Shown here: in pieces, positions 25,746 to 32,000 of the stretch
Layout of the letters: each line of letters opens with the position of its first letter
Position numbering within the stretch: position 1 is the stretch's first letter
Assembly: GCA_041649575.1 (NCBI GenBank)
Contig: JBAZMW010000005.1
Location: 1-32,000 of the forward strand
Length of the DNA: 32,000 nucleotides
Direction: 5' to 3'
From: Patescibacteria group bacterium
GTDB taxonomy: Bacteria > Patescibacteriota > Patescibacteriia > 2-01-FULL-39-33
The notes under the pieces: generated by a model
Database searches by the model: none
The model's input: the letters and a program-made list of their open reading frames with translations, nothing else
Told to the model about the DNA's origin: nothing
Position numbers and translations under genes: made by a program

Positions 25746-28160
25746 ATGCCTTTTAATGAAAGAAAAACCGAAAGTATTGTCAGAAAAACATTAGAGCAAT
25801 ATAAGGAGATATATGAAAAAGACACGGAAAAGTGTATTTTTATTGAAGAACAAAAATCAGATAATCCCATTATTCAAAAATTGTTAAAAACAGCATCTAA
25901 AAGAGGGGACGGAACGGGATACCCAGAATTTATAGTTAGTTTTCAGGATAGTAATTTGATTATAGTTATTGAATGCAAGGCAGACATTGGGAGCCATAAA
26001 AGTAAAAATCTTAATCAATTTAGTAAGTATGCGGTGGATGGTGCCCTATTATATTCTTCTTATTTATCAAAAGAATTTGATATTATTTCGATTGGCGTTT
26101 CTGGTGAAAATTCAACAGAAATGCTCGTTGATACATTCCTACAACTCAGGGGAGAAAAAAACGCAAGAGATTTAAATATAAAAAAGCTTTATGACTTTGG
26201 AAGCTATTTTAATGTTTTCAAAAATGATGCCATCAAAGAAGAGAATGACTTTGTAAAGTTAATGAAGTATTCTAACACTTTGAATCAAAATCTGAGAGAT
26301 AATTTTGAATTTGAAGAGAATGTAAGGCCTTTAATTGTTAGCGGGATACTGCTCGCCCTTGAGGATGAAAGCTTTGTAGTTTCATATAAAAATAAACAAA
26401 AGCCATCAGAGATAGCAAATTTAATTATAACCACCATAAAAGAGAGATTGGAACGCGATAATATTAAGGGCGCCAAGTTAGAAACGATTATTCAAACATA
26501 TGGCTTCGTTAGAACTAATACAAAAATAATAAACGATAGAGATAAAGATGGAACCCCAAATACTCATTTAAAAAATTTGATTAGAGAGATTGAGGATAAC
26601 GTTAGGCCATTTTTGCGGGATTACAAACAGTATGATATTATGGGGAGATTTTATAATGAGTTTTTAAGATATGCCAATGGAGATGGGGGGCTTGGTATTG
26701 TTTTAACTCCCAAGCACATAACGGAATTATTTATAGAGCTTGCGGAAGTAAATAAGGATACCGTAGTCATTGATAATTGTTGTGGAACGGGAGGGTTTCT
26801 AATAAGCGCAATGAAAAGAATGGAAGATTTAGCCAATGGAGATAAGACAAAAATCAAGGAAATACACACCAAACAACTGATAGGGATTGAGGATAACCCA
26901 AAAATGTTCTGCCTCGCATGTTCTAATATGATGTTAAGAGGTGATGGAAAATCAAATATTTTTCAACAAGATTGTTTTCAAATAGATGAATCTGAGGTAA
27001 AGAGGTTAAAACCGACGGTCGCCCTACTCAACCCTCCATACTCAAAAGAAAATGGCCATAAAGAGCTGGAGTTTGTATGGAATGCACTATCTCTATTAGA
27101 GCCCCATGGAACTTGCATCGCAATTGTTCCACAATCTTGCGCCATGAATACTAAAAAGGGCAATGAGAATGTTAAGGAAAGGATACTTAAACACCATACT
27201 CTTGTAGCGGTTATGAGTATGCCCAACACACTTTTCGACGACAGTGAAAAAAGTTCTGTAACCTGCGTCATGGTTTTTGAAGCCCATAAGCCCCACGGTG
27301 AAAATACTAAAACGTGGTTTGGTTATTGGAAAGAAGATGGTTTTAAGAAAAAAAGACCATATGGAAGAATTGACTATTATGGAACATATGGAAAAGAAAT
27401 AAAAAGCTTTTGGCTCGATAGTTATTTTAATAAGAAAGAAATTAAGGGATTTTCAGTTTTAGAGCATGTTAGTTCCGAAGATGAATGGTTAGTTGAGCCC
27501 TATCTTAAGACGGAATTTGAAGAATTGAATGATTGTGATTTTATAGATTATTTGAAGGAATATACAACCTTTCTTTATTATAATAAATTAACTAAGATGG
27601 TATCGATTGACAGCTATAATAAAGATAGATTAAAATTAGATTTCAACAATTGGCAACCCATACAATTGGGCTGGAATGAAAATAATCAAGGGGGGTTGTT
27701 TGAGATAATTGGCTCAAAAACTTCAAATAAAAAAATTTTAGACAAAGTAAATATTGCTGGAAATAGAATATATCCATATGTTACAACTCAGGCGACAAAC
27801 AATGGAATTAGAGATTGGTATAACATTTATACTGACGACGGGAACGTTTTAACTATTGATAGTGCCGTTGTTGGATATTGTGCATATCAACCATTAAATT
27901 TTACTGCCAGCGACCATGTAGAAAAATTATTACCAAAATTCGAGTTGAATGTATTTAGGGCAATATTTTTAGCTACAATTATAAATTTAGAGCAAAAAAA
28001 AATATCCTACGGTAGAAAATTTAATCAAAGCAGAATAAAAAATACAATAATTAAACTTCCATTTAAAAGCGGGATTGTAGATTGGGAGTTTATTGAAAAC
28101 TATATCAAAGGATTGCCATATTCTAAACATTTAGAATTGAATGTGGTTAAAGTTTCTTAA
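25746..28160 (+). CDS. Single-chain restriction-modification-specificity enzyme (Type IIG-like)
   Basis: The N-terminus has an HSDR_N-like PD-(D/E)XK pattern (GYPEFIVSF...LIIVIECKAD). The middle is a gamma-class N6-adenine methyltransferase with motif I VIDNCCGTGGFL and motif IV NPPY (nt 27030-27041). The C-terminal ~230 aa resemble a single HsdS target-recognition domain, ending in a conserved helix (IIKLPFKS...WEFIENYIKGL). Confidence 0.85.
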   Translation: MPFNERKTESIVRKTLEQYKEIYEKDTEKCIFIEEQKSDNPIIQKLLKTASKRGDGTGYPEFIVSFQDSNLIIVIECKADIGSHKSKNLNQFSKYAVDGALLYSSYLSKEFDIISIGVSGENSTEMLVDTFLQLRGEKNARDLNIKKLYDFGSYFNVFKNDAIKEENDFVKLMKYSNTLNQNLRDNFEFEENVRPLIVSGILLALEDESFVVSYKNKQKPSEIANLIITTIKERLERDNIKGAKLETIIQTYGFVRTNTKIINDRDKDGTPNTHLKNLIREIEDNVRPFLRDYKQYDIMGRFYNEFLRYANGDGGLGIVLTPKHITELFIELAEVNKDTVVIDNCCGTGGFLISAMKRMEDLANGDKTKIKEIHTKQLIGIEDNPKMFCLACSNMMLRGDGKSNIFQQDCFQIDESEVKRLKPTVALLNPPYSKENGHKELEFVWNALSLLEPHGTCIAIVPQSCAMNTKKGNENVKERILKHHTLVAVMSMPNTLFDDSEKSSVTCVMVFEAHKPHGENTKTWFGYWKEDGFKKKRPYGRIDYYGTYGKEIKSFWLDSYFNKKEIKGFSVLEHVSSEDEWLVEPYLKTEFEELNDCDFIDYLKEYTTFLYYNKLTKMVSIDSYNKDRLKLDFNNWQPIQLGWNENNQGGLFEIIGSKTSNKKILDKVNIAGNRIYPYVTTQATNNGIRDWYNIYTDDGNVLTIDSAVVGYCAYQPLNFTASDHVEKLLPKFELNVFRAIFLATIINLEQKKISYGRKFNQSRIKNTIIKLPFKSGIVDWEFIENYIKGLPYSKHLELNVVKVS

Positions 28161-28171
28161 TAAAATTGACT

Positions 28172-29284
28172 ATGTATAATATAAATAAAAAAGACCACAA
28201 ATTAGAGCCCATAGAAAAAATATCTTTGAGGGTTGTTGGCATAAGAGAAAGAAAAGATTTACAGGAATGGATTGCTAAAAATCCTGAAATTTTGGGGGAG
28301 GAACTTTTAATAATTCAGAAAGAATTTGATGGCTTTAATGATACCAATGAAAGATTGGATTTATTGGCTTTAGATAAACAAGGAAACTTGGTTGTTATCG
28401 AAAATAAATTGGATGATTCTGGGCGCGATGTTGTGTGGCAAGTTTTGAAATACGCCTCTTACTGTTCGAGTTTGAATAGTCAAAATATTAAGGATGTTTT
28501 TAACCAATATTTAATAAATAATGGGCGCGAAGGAACGGCAGAAAAGATTTTTGAGGAATTTTTCAATAATGAGGACTATGAAGACAAGCTAAACAATGGA
28601 AATTCCCAAAGAATAATAATGGTATCTGGAGAATTTCGTAAAGAAGCTACGTCAACGGTTTTATGGTTGCTAAATTTCGGGTTAAGGATTCAATGTTTTC
28701 AGGCATCAACCCACAAATTAGGTGACCAATTATTTTTTAATATTGAGCAAATCATCCCCATGAAGGGCGCCGAAGAGTATGCCATAAGCATGGCCAATAA
28801 GAATTTAGATGAATTGAGCACGCAAGAAGAGTTAAAAAACAGACATTATAAAAGATTAGAATTTTGGACTCAATTTTTAAGAGAAATAAATAAACATAAT
28901 GACCTGTGTAGTAACGTTAGCCCGAGTAGAGACAGTTGGATATCTATTGCAATTGGGATGGGGGGAGTAAGTTTAAATATTGTTATTTCTAAGAATTATG
29001 CCAGAGCCGAAATATATATAAACAGGGGCGACCAGAATGAAAATAAAAAGTTTTTTGACTATTTTTTTAATAATAAGGAAAAAATCGAAGGAGAATTTGG
29101 AAGTTCTTTAATATGGGAGCGAATGGATAATAAAATTACCTCAAGAATAAAATGTCAATTGGACGGCGTAAACGCCCATGAAAAAGAGGATTGGGATAAA
29201 ATAAATCAATTTTTAATTGACGTTGTCGAACGTATGGAAAAAGTTTTTAAAAAACAAGTGAGAGAGTTAAGAGCCCAAATTTAA
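28172..29284 (+). CDS. NucS-like PD-(D/E)XK nuclease domain fused to DUF4268
   Basis: The N-terminal region ERKDLQEWIAKNPEILGEELLIIQKEF...RLDLLALDKQGNLVVIENKLD...QVLKY fits the NucS/DUF91-type nuclease pattern. The C-terminal region FWTQFL...AEIYINRGDQNENKKFFDYF...IEGEFGSSLIWERMDNK fits the DUF4268 pattern. An alternative TTG start exists at 28166. Confidence 0.8.
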   Translation: MYNINKKDHKLEPIEKISLRVVGIRERKDLQEWIAKNPEILGEELLIIQKEFDGFNDTNERLDLLALDKQGNLVVIENKLDDSGRDVVWQVLKYASYCSSLNSQNIKDVFNQYLINNGREGTAEKIFEEFFNNEDYEDKLNNGNSQRIIMVSGEFRKEATSTVLWLLNFGLRIQCFQASTHKLGDQLFFNIEQIIPMKGAEEYAISMANKNLDELSTQEELKNRHYKRLEFWTQFLREINKHNDLCSNVSPSRDSWISIAIGMGGVSLNIVISKNYARAEIYINRGDQNENKKFFDYFFNNKEKIEGEFGSSLIWERMDNKITSRIKCQLDGVNAHEKEDWDKINQFLIDVVERMEKVFKKQVRELRAQI

Positions 29285-29300
29285 GCCAATCTTAATAATT

Positions 29301-30767
29301 ATGAAACGCATAGTAGCAACTGATTTTTATAATTATACTAAATGTAAATATTTGGTATATCTCGAAAAAAATGGAGACCAAAAGTCAAAAGACAGGGTCT
29401 CCGATTTTGTTAAAATGCTTTGGTATAGGGGTATTCAACATGAAAAGGAAATAATAGAGAAAATTGCCAAAGATAAAAACAAAAACTTTGCCGAAGTTGA
29501 TAAAAATAAAAAAGCTAATCAGGAAACTTTTGAGCAAACTTTAGAATTAATGAAAAGGGGCGTTGATTATATTTATCAGGGAGTTTTAATTAGTGATAAT
29601 TATATCGGCAGGCCGGATTTAATGGAAAAAGTTGATGGCAAATCTATATTCGGCAATTATTATTATATTCCGATTGATATAAAAGCGGGTAGGGGTTATG
29701 AGGGCGAGGAATTTGATGATGAGAGGACGAAACTGTCATATAAGCTCCAAATAACGTTTTATGCCCTGTTATTGGGCAAAATACAGGCCTATCAGCCAGA
29801 AATGGGGAAAATTATCAATATAGACAAGGAGGAACTGGAATATAAACTGGACACGCAAGATGAGAAATTTGTTGCTTATTTCCAAGACATTGAATTAATG
29901 GCAAGGGGCGAAGAGCTATATCAGCCGACCATCAGCGGGAAATGCGGAATGTGCCAATGGAAAACATATTGTAAAAACTGGGCTGATAAGAATAAAGATT
30001 TGTCATTAATTTATTATTTAGGAGAACAAAAATACGGCCTGCAAAGTTATGGTATTAATAGCTATGAAGATTTATTAAAACATCCCCTTGGTGAATGGTT
30101 GGATATTTTGCCAACAGCTAAAAAACAGGGTTACTTTAAGGGGATAGCAGAAAAAAGTTTAACTAATTTTTATAATCGGGCTTTGGTTTATATTAGTGGG
30201 AAAGAGGTAATCTATAATAAGATAGATTTTCCATCGGGAAGCAAGGAAATACATTTTGATATTGAAGATGACCCAACGCAAGATATAGTTTATATGTTTG
30301 GATTTTGGATTATAGATAATGGCAAGGGTTATTATCATGCTATTGTAGCTGAAAACATAAACGGAGAAGAAAAAGCCACTCGGGAATTGTGGGAGTTTTT
30401 AAAAATAAACCAAGGTATTCCGATGTATCACTACTCCCATCATGAAAAAAGCACGTTGAGACGGTTGCAGGAAAAATATAGTTTAGACCCGTCTGTTTAT
30501 GAGCAATTTTTAAATGACGCCTTTGATTTATATAGCGCAGTAACAAAAAATACCGATTTTCCTTTGACCAGCTATGGTCTCAAGGCAATTTGTAAACATC
30601 TTGGATTTCATTGGAGTGCTGAGGACGCTGGCGGAGCCAATTCTATTGAGTGGTATTCAAAATACTTGGCGGGAGATAAATCAATGATGGATAAAATTTT
30701 AAAATACAATGAGGAGGACTGTAAGGCGACCGCTTATTTAAAGGATTATTTAATTTATGCAAAGTAG
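29301..30767 (+). CDS. TM0106-type RecB/Cas4-like Fe-S nuclease fused to an RNase H-fold (DEDD-like) exonuclease
   Basis: Cys15 plus CGMCQWKTYC (nt 29943-29972) give a four-Cys pattern like Cas4/AddB. The nuclease motifs are GRPDL, IDIKAG and QITFY (QxxxY). The C-terminal half carries IHFDIEDDP, YHYSHHEKS and YNEEDC, consistent with a 3'-5' exonuclease fold. Confidence 0.8.
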   Translation: MKRIVATDFYNYTKCKYLVYLEKNGDQKSKDRVSDFVKMLWYRGIQHEKEIIEKIAKDKNKNFAEVDKNKKANQETFEQTLELMKRGVDYIYQGVLISDNYIGRPDLMEKVDGKSIFGNYYYIPIDIKAGRGYEGEEFDDERTKLSYKLQITFYALLLGKIQAYQPEMGKIINIDKEELEYKLDTQDEKFVAYFQDIELMARGEELYQPTISGKCGMCQWKTYCKNWADKNKDLSLIYYLGEQKYGLQSYGINSYEDLLKHPLGEWLDILPTAKKQGYFKGIAEKSLTNFYNRALVYISGKEVIYNKIDFPSGSKEIHFDIEDDPTQDIVYMFGFWIIDNGKGYYHAIVAENINGEEKATRELWEFLKINQGIPMYHYSHHEKSTLRRLQEKYSLDPSVYEQFLNDAFDLYSAVTKNTDFPLTSYGLKAICKHLGFHWSAEDAGGANSIEWYSKYLAGDKSMMDKILKYNEEDCKATAYLKDYLIYAK

Positions 30768-31044
30768 ATTATCAAAAATTGAAAAAAGATTACTCGAAAT
30801 TGATGAGGAAAAAGAGTTTGGAGTTTATAACTATGGCGAGAATTTAACTGGAAATTTTGATGATGAAATTGAGAAAAGCCGTATTTTACATTTTGATATA
30901 GAGAAAAATAAGCTACAAATGGAAAGGCAATTTATACTTGACGGGAGGAACGGTTGGTGGTTTAGAATCGTCTGGGATATGGTAGTCCCTATAATTATTA
31001 CCCTTATAACAATATTTTGTTATTTAAAGTTTGGGATAAAATAA
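30757..31044 (+). CDS. Small tail-anchored membrane protein (95 aa)
   Basis: Its ATG overlaps the upstream gene by 11 nt. The N-terminal part is acidic and helical. A single C-terminal TM helix is present (WWFRIVWDMVVPIIITLITIFCYLKF). Confidence 0.6.
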   Translation: MQSRLSKIEKRLLEIDEEKEFGVYNYGENLTGNFDDEIEKSRILHFDIEKNKLQMERQFILDGRNGWWFRIVWDMVVPIIITLITIFCYLKFGIK

Positions 31045-31162
31045 TTTTTTTCCAAATTAAATTTTGCCATAGCCAATTAGGCCAAGATATTCAAACCATT
31101 TCTTAATATCATAAATAATCGGGTTTAAATTCTCAATACAGTAGTGTACCAGTAAAACAAAA

Positions 31163-31193
31163 GCACCATAAGTCTGGTGTTTTTGTTTTTTTT
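31163..31193 (+). terminator. Rho-independent terminator after the island operon
   Basis: GCACCA-TAAGTC-TGGTGT followed by TTTTGTTTTTTTT. Confidence 0.7.
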
Positions 31194-31213
31194 ATGTAAA
31201 AATTTTTATAGAA

Positions 31214-31250
31214 TAAAAAAAGAAAGTCCACGCGTGCTCATCGCGTGGAC
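31214..31250 (-). terminator. Rho-independent terminator of the right-flank minus-strand gene
   Basis: GTCCACGCG-TGCTCAT-CGCGTGGAC, followed on the minus strand by TTTCTTTTTTT. Confidence 0.8.
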
Positions 31251-31272
31251 CGGGTTGTTGTACATTCGGGGA

Positions 31273-32000
31273 TCAGGTCGGGATCTGAAAGCCTCCTCGC
31301 TGATTCCGTTTGATCCTTTTCGACCCAAGGAGCCTCTTTATGGCCGCCCTTATCTGCCGGTTGACCTTGACCGTCGACAGGCTTCTGTCGAACAGCCAAT
31401 GGGTGGTTCCCAGTTCGGCCAGATTGTCCAGCAGGTACTTGTCGTCGACAGGCAGATCAGTATCAACCGCCAAGGCCTCATTGATCGCCTCGATCACAGC
31501 CGCGTCGCAGTCCGCCTCGGTCTCAATGAATCGTCTCGATGGCGGTTTGGAGTCTGACGGCGGATTGGGCTCGGATTTCCTTGGTGGCTTGGACTTTCTC
31601 GGCGGCTTGGGATCTGACGGCGGATCGGGATCGGGCTCTGGCTCGGGATCGGGCTTGGCCCTTTTTCCTTTCTTGATCACGCCGTTTTCCAGATGCATCT
31701 CGCCGGCCGGCTCCATAAAACTGAAAAGAACCTGCCGTACTTGGTTTTCGACAATCGTCGATCCTATCGTGGACACGTCGTAGCCGTATGTTGCCGCGTT
31801 CTTGGATATTGCTTCAAGCAATTCCTCGAACGTCAGGTTCCAAACAAACTGCTCCTCGACAGCCAAGACCAGCCTTCTCCAGTCATCGGAGACTTTCCCT
31901 GGATCAGTGGAATTCCTCGGCGTTTTCAGCCGGATGCTCCTGTCTCTCTCGCCCTTTTTAGGGGCGGCTACGAAAGGGGCGAGCGATTCCTCCTTCGACC
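31273..32000 (-). CDS. Hypothetical GC-rich protein with a Pro/Asp/Lys-rich linker (5' end beyond the window)
   Basis: On hand translation the frame stays open from 31866 to the window edge, so the ORF-track TTG start at 31866 is probably internal. The linker reads PDPEPEPDPDPPSDPKPPRKSKPPRKSEPNPPSDSKPP and separates two small globular parts. No family was recognised. Confidence 0.6.
   Translation of the reverse strand, partial: SKEESLAPFVAAPKKGERDRSIRLKTPRNSTDPGKVSDDWRRLVLAVEEQFVWNLTFEELLEAISKNAATYGYDVSTIGSTIVENQVRQVLFSFMEPAGEMHLENGVIKKGKRAKPDPEPEPDPDPPSDPKPPRKSKPPRKSEPNPPSDSKPPSRRFIETEADCDAAVIEAINEALAVDTDLPVDDKYLLDNLAELGTTHWLFDRSLSTVKVNRQIRAAIKRLLGSKRIKRNQRGGFQIPT

Larger units (their letters stand above)
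21169..31200. mobile_element. AT-rich integrative genomic island flanking tRNA-Glu (approximate boundaries)
   Basis: Abrupt compositional drop right after the tRNA and its terminator, with recovery at about 31.2 kb. Carries a large serine recombinase, a Rep-like gene and restriction/nuclease cargo. Gene orientation and style differ from the core block. Confidence 0.65.

Noticed and set aside
25673-25870. 65-aa minus-strand ORF spanning the divergent promoter region and the RM gene start.
   Set aside because: It is a hydrophobic, low-complexity product of AT-rich DNA. It overlaps the well-supported RM start and the promoter.
31177-31783. Plus-strand ORFs 31177-31557 and 31310-31783.
   Set aside because: They are shadow frames of the GC-rich minus-strand gene. 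The first crosses that gene's terminator hairpin, and the second consists of Gly/Ser/Leu-rich repeats created by the antisense of the Pro-rich linker.

Overview
The window has two parts. Nt 1-21,100 is a mostly plus-strand block of housekeeping genes. Nt 21,170-31,200 is a much more AT-rich integrative island next to tRNA-Glu(UUC). The housekeeping block encodes trxA, a malic enzyme, trxB, rnhB, a radical SAM protein, yraN, nusA, archaeal-type apgM, an H+-pyrophosphatase, tig, galE, nfo, a YfcE-like phosphoesterase, DUF167, and an hsp20/orf84/VanW operon on the minus strand. The gene content, short intergenic gaps and near-absence of Shine-Dalgarno sequences suggest a small streamlined genome, possibly Patescibacteria/CPR; this is inference only. 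Hand-counted 60-nt lines gave about 15-38% GC in the island and about 48-60% GC in the flanks. The island carries a large serine recombinase whose ORF runs into the tRNA, a Rep-like gene ending in a perfect 36-bp tandem duplication, and an orphan 382-aa protein. It also carries a tight four-gene operon: a single-chain nuclease-methylase-TRD enzyme, a NucS-like/DUF4268 fusion, a Cas4/RecB-like Fe-S nuclease fused to a DEDD-type exonuclease, and an overlapping tail-anchored peptide. This operon is the best candidate for an undescribed composite defence system. Other notable items are a ~420-nt ORF-free region (17.58-18.03 kb) with a consensus promoter, a terminator and nested long-range helices, which may be a structured ncRNA. 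The window also opens with a 5'-truncated tail-fibre-like surface protein that has an internal S74 chaperone domain. No rRNA genes or CRISPR arrays were seen. All domain calls come from motif recognition by eye; no database searches were run.
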